From: a virus | Length of the DNA: 64,000 bases | Strand: one strand, 5' to 3' | Virus record (IMG/VR): IMGVR_UViG_3300044951_001239 | Span: 31,388-95,387 of that record | Part shown: positions 9,693 to 24,600 of the stretch, one piece after another | Position numbering within the stretch: the first letter of the stretch is position 1 | Layout of the letters: every line of letters begins with the position of its first letter | The notes under the pieces: model-generated | Seen by the model: only the letters and a program-made list of their open reading frames with translations | Told to the model about the DNA's origin: nothing | Database searches by the model: none | Position numbers and translations under genes: made by a program

Positions 9693-12600
9693 ATGGCAAC
9701 AAGAATTAGGACATTAGATTTTCTTCCAGAGATATTTAAAACCACGACCAATGCACAATTTTTAGCAGCAACGCTAGATCAATTAGTTGCACAACCCAAT
9801 ACTAAAAAGATTCAGGGTTATATTGGTAGTAAATTTGGATATGGTATTAATGCCAAAGATCGTTATGTAATCGAACCCACTAAATCAAGAACTGATTATC
9901 AATTGGATCCGGGAATTATTTTCTTAAAAGAAAATAATTCAACTGCAAAAGATTTCATTAGCTATCCTGGCATCATAGATGCATTGACGTTAGAAGGTGG
10001 ATTAACTGCCGATAATAACAGATTGTTCAACAATCAATTTTATTCATGGGATTCATTTACTAATTTAGATACAATCATTAACTTTAATCAATACTACTGG
10101 TTGCCAGAAGGCCCAGAACGGGTGATAGTAGCGTCTAATATTGTTTACAGTTCAGCAAACTTTGTTGTTCAACCCGAAGCCAACTCTTATTTAATTTCTT
10201 CAGAAACACTTGTTAATCCTAGTGCTAACCCAACATTAACTCTACTAAGAGGTGGGCAATATACTTTTACAGTAAATCAAAATACTCAGTTTTGGATTCA
10301 AGGAGAACCGGGCGTTACCGGATTAAGTCCAACTCAACGAAATGTACAAACTCGTGATGTATATGGAGTTATAAACAACGGGATAACTAATGGGGTCGTT
10401 ACATTTAATGTTCCTCAGAAAAATGCACAAGACGACTTCATTTTCCCAGGTGATAATACAGTAGGTGTTGTTTCCACATTACCATTTGATCAAGTAAACG
10501 GGGCATTAGTAAACGAAATCGGGGGTATTGACGGAGTAACTGCATTAGACGGATTGACCGTCATGTTTTACAATACCGGCGATACAAATGAAGAGGTAAC
10601 TTCAACTTTCTACACTATAAGTTTATCTGGAGACATTGACGACCCACTGATTCAATTGACCGCTACCGCAGCAATTCCTACTAATCAAAAGATAACTGTC
10701 TCATACGGGGTAGAGTGGACAAACAGAAATTTTTATAGAAGTTCAATTGGTGTAATAACATTAGAGCCATACAACAGTGCAATACTAGATAAATTGTACT
10801 ACCAAGATGGTACTATCCCCGGTCGTGTTGGTGTTATCAATTTAATTGAAAATAATGTTTTAAATCAAATTAATGTAGAAACTGACATTTTAGGTAAGAT
10901 TAACTATACTTCTACAAATGGTGTTATCTTTACCAATGGATTAAAAGTTCTTTTTCAGGGTGATATATACCCTGAAAGTTTTAATAATGTAGAATTTTAT
11001 GTTGAGGGTGTAGGTACAGCAATTGAATTAATACCGGTATCTACACTTGTTTCACCTGGATTATTTTCGGCTGCAGCATATATTCCATTTGATACTACCC
11101 CATTTGACATAGGTAATTATGATTCAAGTTTGTATATTCCAATATATCCTGATTATATAACTATTGCTAGAAACGCTATCAATAGAAATCCATGGTCAAG
11201 AAGCAATCGTTGGTTTCACATTGATGTTATCAATGCAACGGCGGAATATAATAACACCCCGGAATTAGTTACAGAGTATACTCAATTAGGTAATAAAGCA
11301 AAACGACCAATCATTGAATTTTATCCTAATCTTAAATTATTCAATAGTGGTGCTGTAGGTAAAAATCCAATTGACTTTATTGATACTAAAACAACTGATG
11401 CATTTACTTATGTAGCCGGGCAAACTATTTATTACCCAGATACCGCTGGGTACACCACTGCTACAGCAACTATTGCTCCAATAACCGGCGCAATAACAAA
11501 GACCGCAACCGCAACTTTACCATTAATAAATCAAGTGGTATTAGATAGCACAACTGGAATACATATCAATGACACTATAACTTTTACTGGCACTGCATTC
11601 GGAGGATTAAGCACTGACCCTACAAACAATGCTAACAGATATTATATTCTTGACATTGTTAATTCTACTAATGTTGTAATATCAGCAACTAAACAAGGAA
11701 CCTCTGTAATAGTAACTACCGGCACAGGAACAATGTCAGCGGCAGTTTATCCATATAGCACTACTATAACAATGCCAAGTACAGATGTATTTGGGTTATT
11801 CACTGCAGGGCAGTATATAACTGATTCCACTGGTCTACTACCTTCAATTACTTTTGTGTCTACGATTAGTGTTGTAGGTTCTAATACTGTTATTACTGTA
11901 TCTTGGTATAACCAATCAATCGTAGCAGGTACTTCAGTTGCATCAGTGGTAACTGCTGATACGCCATTGGATAATTATGCATTGTTTGACGGCTCAAGAG
12001 TGGTATTTGCAGTTGATAGTGACAGCAATGTTAGAAATAAAATATATGTTTCACGCTTTTCTACAATACAGCCAGGTAGTATACCAGTTATTACGCTTAC
12101 AGAAGCGACTGAGGGTTTAGTTTTACTAGATGAGCAAACAGCAGTTTATAGAGGATATAATTACAGTGGTAAAGATTTCTTCTTTGATGGGGTTGACTGG
12201 ATAGAAGGCCAACAAAAATCTCAATTAAATCAACCACCTAAATTTGATATATATGATGGCAATGATATAAGTTTTGGTGACCATGCAGTTTATGTCGGAA
12301 CATCATTTTCAGGTTGCACATTGTTTTCATATGGCATAGGATCAGGATCAAATGATACAGTACTGGGTTTCCCGTTAAGCTATAGTTCGGTTAATAATGT
12401 AGGTGACATAAGTTTTGATGTAACCTTAAATTCTGATACCTTCACATATGTTCAAGGTTTGAATTCAATTACAGAGTACGTAAACAAGGGTTACGTTTAT
12501 AACTACTCAATAACACCCGGTATTGAACCTGTAATTGTTAGGCAGTTAGGATGGCAAACTGCGGTGTCGCCTAGTGTGCAATATCAAATTTTTGAATTTG

Positions 12601-15600
12601 ATTATGATGTATTAACAAATACAAATAATACTTTCATATGTGATATAGCACCTATTCTTACCACACCCACTCAGTGGCCAATGATTCAAGTTTATGTTAA
12701 CAATATTTATGTACCAAACACAGAATGGCAGGTTCTTGGTCCAGTGTCTGACACATCAACAACTATTAATATTCCAGTTATTCCTACGACAAATACAGTA
12801 GTACAAATTTTAATTTTAAGCGATCAAGTAAGCAGCACTGCTTACTTTCAAACACCTATTAACTTAACTAACAATCCATTTAATACATCTGTTACAACTG
12901 CTAACATAGGTGACATTCGCGGGCAGTATCAAAGTATTTTCTTTAACAATCCTAATACAACAGGTGTTGTTTTTGGCTCAAACAACTATCGTGATTTGGG
13001 TAATTTAGTTCCGTGGGGCAATAGAATTATACAGAATAGTGCCTCACTGGTTTTACCTGGAACTTTCTTACGAAATCAAGATCACAATTTATTCAACTCA
13101 TTGTTGTATAATAGCAGACAATATATAACATTTAAGACATTATTAGTAGATACCGTTAACAATTCAGATTATTCTAGAATACTGACCCCATCACAAATGT
13201 TAGATGATGCATTGGGTCAGATTAATGCACCAAAGGTAGAATCTCAATCGTTTTTCTGGAGTGATATGTTGCCTTCTAAGGCTCCCTACATCACAAATAC
13301 ATATAATTTTGCAAATACATTAGATATAAGTGTTTATCCTCTGAGCCATATCTATAATTTTGCTACTGCAAATTATAATGGTATACTGGTATATTTGACT
13401 CGGGACAATGTACAAACACAATTGATTAGGGGAATTGAATACACGGTTAGCACTGATAGTCCTTCGTTGACGGTTACTCTTTCACTAGACGTAAATGATC
13501 AAATTACTGTTAAAGAATTTAATCAAACATATGGAAGTTATGTTCCAAATACTCCAACTAAGCTGGGCTTGTATCCTGCAACTATTCCTAGTGTTACCCT
13601 AGATACCGCTTATAGTCCTGCAACATATTTCATTGTGGGACACGACGGATCATTCAATAAACTGTATGGTAGTTATGATTCACCTACAAGTACATTGGTT
13701 GATTTCAGAGACCAAGTACTACTTGAATATGAAATTCGGGTATACAACAACTTGAAATTAAGTGAAACGGTTCCTGCAGGTTCATATCAAAGTGTAATTA
13801 TTCCTGGATTCTTTAGAACCACTGATTATTCAACTGATGAGTTCTTGCAAATTTATAGTGAATTGTTTTTAAATTGGGTTGGGCAAAACAGAATTGATTA
13901 TAAAACACAATTCTATAATACAAATAATCAGTTTACTTACAACTATAGAGACAGCGGCAACCAACTAAACAATCAACCAATTGAACAAGGTAATTTCAGA
14001 GGTGCATACTTATTCTTCTATGACACCAGCACACCGAACGAAACTCCTTGGCAGATGTTAGGTTTGGCAAATCAGCCAACCTGGTGGACTAGTCGTTATG
14101 GTCCTGCACCGTATACCAGTGATAACTTGGTGTTATGGGGCGACTTAGAAACAGGTACTGTTTGGAATGACGGAACCCCGTTTATTAAACCTAGCTATGC
14201 CCGTCCCAATTTATCAAAGATAATACCAGTAGATAGTAATGGTGATTTATTATCACCGTTTGATTCATTAGTTGGTAATTATGATCAATATCTATTCCAG
14301 CGTGATTGGATAGTAGGTGATGTTGGCCCGGCAGAATTCAGCTATCGTAGAAGCAGCACTTGGCCCTTCGACTTGATGCACATTCTTGCTGTAACCAAAC
14401 CAACAGAATTCTTCAACTTGGGTGTTGAGGTTGACACCTACAAATATAATGTAGAATTTAATCAATATCTAGTAAATGATAGAAGTCATTTGGTAATAAG
14501 TGACATTCCAATATACGGAACAGGTACACCTGCAACTAGCTATATCAACTGGATTGTTGACTATGAAAAACAACTTGGTGTAGATGCAACAGCTAATATA
14601 TCTACTCTGTTGGACAATTTAGATGTTCGTTTAGTATATCGTGCAGCAGGCTTTAGTGATAAGAACCTGTTAAAGTTCTTTGTTGAAAAGAGTTCAGCAA
14701 ATAGTAATAACAGTTCATTGTTGATACCCGATGAAAGTTATGGATTATTGTTGTACGAAAATCAACCATTTGACAGAATTATCTACAGTGGCGTAGTAAT
14801 ACAAATAACTGAAAATGGTTATAAAGTTTTTGGTAACTCACAAACTAATGCATATTTCAAAACTCTTACACCAAAATTTGGCGGAACCATTCAAACAATT
14901 ACGGTTGAAACATTAACAGTAAAAGTTACAGATAGGTTTACTGATACTATACAAGTGATTCCTTATGGAACTGAATTTTATAACACACAGCAAGTAGCAC
15001 AGTTTTTAATTAGCTATGGTGAATTTTTAATAAGCCAGGGTGTTGTATATGAAGAAATTGAAAATGGTATTCCAATTCAATGGCAACAAATGGTTGCTGA
15101 ATTCTTGTATTGGGCGCAAACAGGATGGGATCTTGGTTCTATTACAACAATCAATCCCTCAGCTAACTTAATAACTATTAACAAAGAAAGTAGAATTGTT
15201 CAGCCATTAACACTAAGTCAAAAAAACTTCTTGTTGAATCAAGATTTATATCCAATCTCAACAAGTAATTTAAATATTACCCGTGAGGGAACTGCATTTG
15301 CAGCCAAAACATTAAACGTAGGTGATGCTATTAGCTATGGTCAATTCAATATCAGTAATATTGAAAATGGTATAGTTTTTGACAATGTTACTTTGTTCAA
15401 TGATGTAATTTATAATTTAGTCACTGGATTAAGACAATATCGTATCTCTGTCAATGGTTCATTAACTGCTGATTGGACCGGTAATGTTGATGCAGCTGGA
15501 TTTATCTTAAATCAAGATAATGTAAAAGAGTGGGATAATACACTTAAATATACTGCCGGGGCTATTGTTCAATATAAAAATAAATATTGGTCTGCGCTTA

Positions 15601-18600
15601 GAATAATACAACCAAGCATATTGTTCAGGGAACTTGATTGGAAAGAAACAACTTATGATCAAATTCAAAAAGGATTATTACCCAATAATCAAACTCGTTC
15701 ATATGAAAGTACCTTGTATTATGACGTAAACAACGCTAATTTAGAAAATGATGCAGACTTATTATCATTCTCTTTGATTGGATATCGTCCAAGGGATTAT
15801 CTAGCACTAGTTGATTTGACTGACGTTACTCAAGTTAATGTTTACAAAAACTTAATTAAAAATAAAGGTACATTAAATGCAGCTAGCGCATTTAAGGGTG
15901 CAAATTTACCACAGGGCGGGATTGATTATACCTTATATCAAAATTGGGCTATCAAGTCCGGTGAATTTGGTGGTATATTAAACAACAATTTTATTGAGTT
16001 TAGACTTGATCAACCTGAATTAGTTGGTAATCCTTCTATTGTAGGTTTAACTTCCGGGGTATTTATAGATGGAGTACAACAACAAGTACCGCTATATAGC
16101 GTGTTTAACTATGGAAGACCAATAACAACTGTTGATATATTACCTACTATTTCAGACTTGCAACTATCATCATTATATCCTACTGCCGGATATGTTAATT
16201 TAAATGATGTTAAAATGGCCAGCTATTTTTATTCTGGATTACCAACAGCGCAAAACGCTGCCGGGACTACAGTTCCGATCAGTCAGTTTTATGTGCGTGA
16301 TTATGTTTGGGTAGCAAACTATCTTTCAACATGGCAAGTTTACACCCCTGCTAGTTTAGGCTCAGTTATTAATGCCAAGAACAATTTAAATAATACTGTA
16401 ACCATAACATTCAGTCAAGCACACAACTTGAAAAGATATGAATCTTTTGCAATTGTTAATTTTAATGTTGCAATTGATAATTATTACATTGTGGCTGCTG
16501 TTGTGGATCCGTTCAATGTTATTATAAACCTGTCATTGAACCCACAAATAAAAAATATTAATAGTCAAGGGGTAGGTTTCAGATTACAAAGTCAACGGGT
16601 GGCAACTGCCCCTGAAATAGGCACTTTGCCTTTGCTAGATAATGAGTTTAATAAATTAAAAGTTTGGGTCGATACCAACAACGATGGTAGCTGGGCTGTA
16701 TATCGCAAGAGTTTAAATTATCAATTTGATACCGAAATTGTAAATCCAGCAAGTGAAACTTTTGGTAGCGCAGTTGCGTATGCTTCTAGCTTTGGTTACT
16801 TATTAGGTGATAGTGAAACTGGTGAAGTCTATCGCTATAAATATAACGCACTCAATAATTCTTACATATCATACCAAACAATAACACAAACTACTTCGTT
16901 TGGTGCAAACATATCGTATGTTAATAACTTGTTTGTTATTTCTCAACCGACAGGAACACCTAAGGTTTATGTATATCAATACATAGATACACAAGCATTG
17001 AATACATTAGAATTGTATCAACTCATTGCGGCCCCTGGTGGAGTAACTACATGGGGAACTTCAACTGCATTATCAGGTGATCAAAACTGGCTTTATGTTT
17101 CTGACATTGATAACAATAGTGTTTATGCTTATCGTAGAGCAGCTTATGAGGTCACGGCTGGCAACTTTGTTTCTGCAAACACCTACACTATTACCAGTTT
17201 AGGTACTACTGATTTTACATTAATTGGTGCATCCAGTAATGCAGTAGGAACAATATTCGTGGCAAGTGGCGGTGGCACCGGCACCGGCACTGCTACAAAT
17301 TCTACATATGAATTAGCACACCTTATTGACGGGGATGCATTAGGATTAACAAGCGCAGGTGACAATTTTGGTTATTCAATCTCAACCGATTACTATGGTG
17401 ATACAGTCGTTATTGGAACTCCGCAGCAAGATTATGATGTAAATACACAAAACTACGGGTATACCTATGTATTCTCTAGGACTGTTCAGAATTTTGAATC
17501 TCAGTCAGCTAATCAAGCATATGTTCCAGTAGCGATACCGGTAGCATGGACACCAATTACAGTTACCCAAACTGCAACAGCAACTACCGCGTCAACAGAC
17601 AGAATTACAGTAAGTAGTAGCACTGGGTTTACAGTCGGTGATCCTGTCGTATTCTCGGGCACCATTATATCTGCTGGGGCACTTGCACTAAACGCTGTTT
17701 ATTATGTATTGGCCAAGCCAACATCAACTACATTCACTATCTCAACTACACGCAATGGTAGTGCGGTACAACTAGTTGATGATACTGGTAGTATGACAGT
17801 AACCGTTCAGACAAGTCCGTTGTTTGTCACTGTTAATGGAACTTCACTGGAAGATAACTATTATGCTGTGATTGGTTCTACACTAAACATATATAGTGGA
17901 GCAACCCCTACATTAAATGCAGGTGACATAGTAAATATTAGTGGTTCTAACTTTGTATTAGCACAAACACTAACTAATGAGGAAACTCCAAGAGTTGGTG
18001 TTCAATTTGGATTAAGTACAGATACTAATACATTTGCAAATGAAATATTAGTTGGAGCCCCATTTGAATTAAGTGCAGAGAACTACGAGGGTGCGGTTCA
18101 TAGATATACTAATAGTGGAGAAAGATATGGTACTATCATTGGCACGACTGCGTGTAACATAACTACTCCTAGAACTGTTCTATTGAATGGATATAGAGTC
18201 GTGCTACCAATCGGCAATGCAACCTCTGCGGTGGCAAATATCAACTTGTTAGGGCTTACGAATATACAAGCAAGTGAAGTAAATGATAATTTAGTAATAT
18301 CACTGATTAATGTTGATTTAGCCATTGCAGGAAACAAACTGTCATTAACAGTATTAGATTCAGCTACATTAGGTGAAATGGGTGTTGAATTGTACCAGCA
18401 AACACAAAAGGTAACTTCCCCCCACGTACAAGGTCGAACTCAATTTGGAACTGTAGTAAAGTTTGATAAGTCTAATTCTGGTTCATTTATAGCAAGTGCT
18501 CCAGTAGGAACTAGATATGCAAGTACAACATTTGACTTCTTTGACGATGAAATAGATAATGACACTGTATTTGATAACAACGCCACTCAGTGGGTTGACA

Positions 18601-21600
18601 CATTCACCAATGCAGGTGCAGTTTACATGTTTGACTATTTACCATTGTACAGTGAAAATATAAACAACCCTGGTCAATTCGTATATGCTCAAAGTACAAA
18701 TGCCCAAAACTTGAATTATGGTGCTCAACCATATTATGGATCTGCGCTAGATTTCAACAATAATAGAGTTACTATCGGTACACCAAACTTTGTTCCAACT
18801 GGATATGCCAACGATATCTTTGGACAAGTTGTTACTTATGTTAGTACCGCAAGCACTCCGGATTGGGCAGTGTTTAGACAATCTTCACCAATTGTTGATG
18901 TTAATGGTATATTCAACATTCAATTGTTTAGTGCAATGACTAATCAAACATTAGAAAACTTAGATTATATCGATCCTCTACAAGGAAAACTATTGGGGGC
19001 TGTAGCAGAAAATATTGATGTTGTGTCAAATATTGACCCGGCAGCTTATAATTCAGCAGGGTCAACACAAGGTGGAAAAGTTTGGGCAGCAGAGAATGTG
19101 GGTAGACTTTGGTTTAATACATCAAATACTCGTTTTATGAATTATCATCAAAATGATGTTCAATATAACAGCCAGTATTGGGGCAGAGTATTCCCTGGAA
19201 GTAATGTCAGTGTTTATTCTTGGATTGCAAGCCAAGCTATCCCTTCACAGTATGCTGGACCAGGTAACCCGTATGATGTTAATAGTTATTCTATTCGTGG
19301 AATAGTCAATGCAGAAGGATTGATTACACCAATTTATTATTACTGGGTAAGAAATACAAATGTTGTGTTCACATTAATAGGTAAAACATTAGCAGATAGT
19401 ACACTTGAGTCTTATATTTCTCAACCACAACAATCTGGTATCAGTTACTTTGCTCCATTATTACCTAGTGTGTTTGGATTATACAACTGTGCAGCTTATA
19501 TCAATGCAAAAGATACAGTATTGCACATTGGTTATTCAGAAACAACCAACGATGATGTTGCACACAATCAATATAGTTTGATTCGTGATGGATATCCTGA
19601 AGATTTCTTAAGCGGTGTTCCTGGCTCAGGTGCCGCCTTTCAATTTCACGCCGCAGTGGGCATAACAGAACCTATTGGGTTGTACAATAGGATGTTAGAC
19701 AGTATGTGTGGAGTTGATAATGCCGGCGGAGTTGTACCTGATCCATTGTTGCCAAAAGCAGTTCAAACTGGTATATTAGCTAGACCAAGACAAGGTTTCT
19801 TCTATAATAGATTTGGTGCTCTAGAAAATTACTTGCAGTATGCTAACACTGTACTAGCACAGTTCCCTATCATAGAGATAAGAAACCCTAAATTCTTATA
19901 TAGAACAGGGGAATTCTTTGACACCGCTCAGTATTGGAATACTATAAATTGGTGGGCAATTGGATATAACAATAATACCAAATCATCAATACAAGTTCCG
20001 ATATATGCAGATTTATCCACACTAAATGTACCTAATGGCACTATTGTAACAGTGGCATCAAATGCTGCAGGTAATGCAGAGACTTACATTTACTCTGGCT
20101 CCGGCATCTGGACTAGAATTGGGTTAGCTAACGGTACTATTGAATTTAGTAGTAAATTGTGGGACTACGCTGAGGCTATGTTAGGTTTTGGTGATAACTT
20201 CTTTGACACTACGCCGTATGATGAATATCCGTCAGAAGAAACACGATATATAATTCGTTCATTGAATGAGGAAATTTATACTAACGAATTGTTAGTCTTT
20301 AGAAATAAGAGTTTGATATTACTGTTTGAATATATTCAAAGTGAAACTATTGAAAGTCAAAACTATCTAACATGGTTAAACAAAACATCATTTATAGATG
20401 TTTCTCACACTATTCGTGAATTGCTTCCGTTAGAAGTATTCCGTTCTGATAATCAATTGTTCTTGGAAGGTTACTTGAATGAGGTCAAACCATATCATGT
20501 AGTAATCAAAGAATTTATCTTTAAATATACTCGTACGGATATATATGAAGGTGACATAACTGACTTTGATTTGCCGGCTCAGTACAATTCAAGTATAGAA
20601 CAATTTGTTACCCCTGAATTAGTGTATGCTAACGCAAGTGGTGATAATCAATATCTACCTTCAGATCCGATCTGGCAAACTGCTCCGTATAGTCAATGGT
20701 TTGCTAACTATGGTTTAAGTATATCTGGCCAAGATGGATATCAAATATCTGTGCTAGCATCTTATATGGCATTGAATACAACTACGTGTTATGTTGACAA
20801 TGTAAATGGTTTTCCTGTATCAGGTACTATAATTCTCGGTGAAGAAGTTATGAGTTATGCCAGTAGAAATATAGCAACAAACCAATTGACTGGAATTTCA
20901 AGAGGTATACTAGGTTCTACTACAACTGTACATATTCCAGGGGAAGATATCTTTATAAACTTGCCTGCTGTATTAGTACTTAATGAAGGCAGAAATTATG
21001 CAACTCCACCTAGAGTTACTGCACATGTTGATACTTCCATATATCCTGTACCAAGAGTTGTTGCACAATTTGAACCAGTAATGAGTTTGGGAAGTTTGAT
21101 TGGAGTAAATGTAATTAACCCAGGTGAAGGTTATGCTGTTTTGCCTGAGATCATTATTGATCCTGCATTCACTGTTTTAGTAGATAGTACACAGGTAAAT
21201 ATTGTAACTAATACCATTGGTATAACTACTCCTGCATTACAAACAGGTGATTTAGTAATTTATACTGTAGCACCAAATAGCACCCCAATCTCAGGATTGA
21301 CTCCGGGACAACACTATTATGTAAATCTACTGGAGATCACACCGTCCTCGGTGTTTGCACTGTATACTTCATACTTAACTGCGATAAATGATCATGACCG
21401 CGTGATTTTGTCAGCACAGGGTAGCGGAACTCAGCAGTTTAGTGCAGGAGCAATTGCAAGTTGTGTTACTAGTTCAGCACCAACTAGAGAAAACACTATT
21501 GTTCTACGGTTTGATAGAACAAGTTATACTTCTCAGGTAATAAATTGGACACCGTCAGGATTCTATGCCGGGGTAATTGACACCAGCGTACAGGCTTCTT

Positions 21601-24600
21601 CCGCAATAACATTAGAAAGCACTGTCCCACCTATCAGTACTATTTTAGCAAGCGCCGGCGGTGAAAGTTTTGAAATATTGAATACGACAAATCAACAAAC
21701 ATTGACTTGGTCTTCAAGAACAAGAGCTACTATTCAGACGTATGGATCAGCGACATCTTATCCAAATGCAATAAGAATAAATCCTAATATAGGTGGAGCA
21801 CCAGTTGAGGGTAAAATAGGGTCTACTATAGGGTTCTACATTGGCATGCCAGTTAAATTTGTAGGTTCAGTAATTGGCACTACCTTAACTAACAGTGTAA
21901 CTTACTATGTAAAATCATTGATACAATTGCCAAATACTATTACTAGTGTATTAGAAGATACTGGATTCACTATTTCTACTACCGTAGATAACAATGGTAA
22001 CCCTGGAGCAGTACTTGTACAAAATACTGCTTCTATCGTAGCTGCTGGACTTACCTTGTATGTAGGAGAATTGACAAATCTTGCCGTATTGACTATCAAT
22101 TATGCTGGAATTAGAACTGCTACTAACACTGTCGCCGTTACTAATAATATTACTGTTCAATTAACTCCAACTGGATTAGCAGGAACTACCGGATTCTATT
22201 TAGGCACTACGATATTCTTTACTGGTAATGTATTTGGTGGAATAGTTGAGAATGAAAATTATTATGTAATAACTATCATTGACAATCAAACATTCACTAT
22301 GTCAACTGATGCTAATCCTACGACATTTAGTGTAACTGAAACTTTGGCTAGTAATAATTCTATTATATGTGAAAGTGCTACCGGGCTAGCAGCAAATAAT
22401 CCTATAATATTTACTGGAACAACCTTTGGTGGACTAGTTGCAGGTACAACTTATTATGTAAGAGAGATATTTAGTGGTAATACATCATTTTCTATTGCAG
22501 CAACAGTTAACAGTGCTGCAATTATATTAACTAATGACTCAGGGTCATGTACTCTTACAAATCAAATTAATGCAGTTGAGTTAACCACAGGTTCAGGTAG
22601 TATGACATTAAATGTTGGACTACCTATAAGTCCAGGACAGATTGAAGGACAAGCATTTACTTTCTATGAAACGTCCTTACCATATTCTAATGTATCCGGT
22701 ACTGCTTCTAACTTATTGGCAAGAACGATTTCATCAACCCTTGCCACAGTTAATAGAATTTGTTTAGTTGAAAATTTGACAAATATCTACAACAACTTAG
22801 AATTCAATATTGATTCTGACGTAGGTGGACTAACTGTAGCCGGAGAACCATACACGGTTAATGGGTTTGGTACAACTACAGTAACAGTTAGCAGCACTAG
22901 TGGCGGACCCGATTATTGGTTAACATTACCTGTAGCATCTAATCCAAATATCACTGATGCATTATATGTAGGTATGCCAATAGTATTCACCGACCCATCG
23001 TTGGGTGGGATTGAAATTGGTTCAGTATATTATGTTTACTCAATAAATGCCAGTCCACCGGCGGGTACAGGGCAATTTACTATTTCTGCATTTGACACAC
23101 TTTCCCAAATATTTGCATTAACAACTAGTACTGGAATAATGACCGGAATAGGTGATGACTACTTAACTATTAGCGGTGGTTATTCTTTAATAGATTCAGT
23201 TCAACCTGCAACTATAACTAATGCTAGCCCAGCTGTAGTTACAGTGGCTAATGGCGGTGCGTTCCCTGACGGAACAGCTATAACATTTGGTTCATATGGA
23301 ACTTTACCGGTGCCGTTAAACAGTATAACAACATATTATGTTATCAATCTTAGCGGTAATACATTTAATGTATCATATAGCTTAAACGGGGTAGCAATCA
23401 ATACAATTACTGCAGGTTCAGGCACACATAGAGTTGCACAAACCAATGTTACATTGACCCAGCAACCTATTACTGACCCTGTATTTGATGTTAGCTATAT
23501 CCTGGGAGGATATAGAGCTTCTATCATTACACTTGGTAGTGGATATGCGGTAAACAACACTATAACAATACCCGGAACACTAGTGGGAGGAACAACTACT
23601 GCCAATGATTTAGTATTAACTGTTGCAAGTATAAATTCAACCGGTGGCGTTACATCAGCCATTGCAAGCGGAACACCTAATGGAATAGTATCTGATTACT
23701 ACTTAAAAGTATTATCAGAAAATCAAGTAGGTGTTTATAGTGATCCTAACTTGACAGTAGAAGTAAGTGGACAGAACTTCCTGTACACAGGTACTATTTC
23801 AACCGCCGCAACTGCCACTAACTCAAGCACTAATAGAGTTACTGTTACCAGTGCAGCAGAGTTCAACGTTAATGATGCGATTGTGTTTACCGGAACAACT
23901 TTTGGTAATATTGTATTGGGTCAAACTTATTATGTAAAAACAATTGATCCAGGAAATACTTGGGTGACTATTTCTGCATCAACAAGTGGAACTACTTTTG
24001 TGTTAGTTACTAGTTCAGGTACTAATATGACCATGGCCAAGTCAGGTGACTTTGCATTCTTATCAGAGCCATTCTTCTTTAGCCCAACTATTGTAAAATA
24101 CAATAATCAGTTGTATCAATGTATCATAAGTAATAATGATGCTGACTTTTTCTTTAGTAAGTGGGAGTTACTAGTGTCGGGTAATAGGAAATTAAACGCA
24201 TTAGATAGGATCGTTGGTTACTATCAACCCACTGTTAATATGCCCGGGGTTGATTTGACTCAATTGGTGTCAGGCATAACATATCCAAACAGCACTTATA
24301 AGGGTAATGCCTTTGCCCCCGATGATGAATATGAAGTAGACCTTATATTACAAGATCAACCATTCTACCCATCAGGGATTGATTTAAAATCTATTATATG
24401 GAATGGTCTAGTTTATATTGCTGGTTCAGACATCGGGACGTATTCAGCATTTAATGTAAGCGCAGATACTACCTCGTGGACAATCAATCAGTTATCCAAC
24501 CAGACACTATCTATAACTGACTTTATATATGCAGGAGGAAGTTATGTCATTACTACAAATAACAATGCAACCCCTGTATTAACAAGTGATAACGGATATA

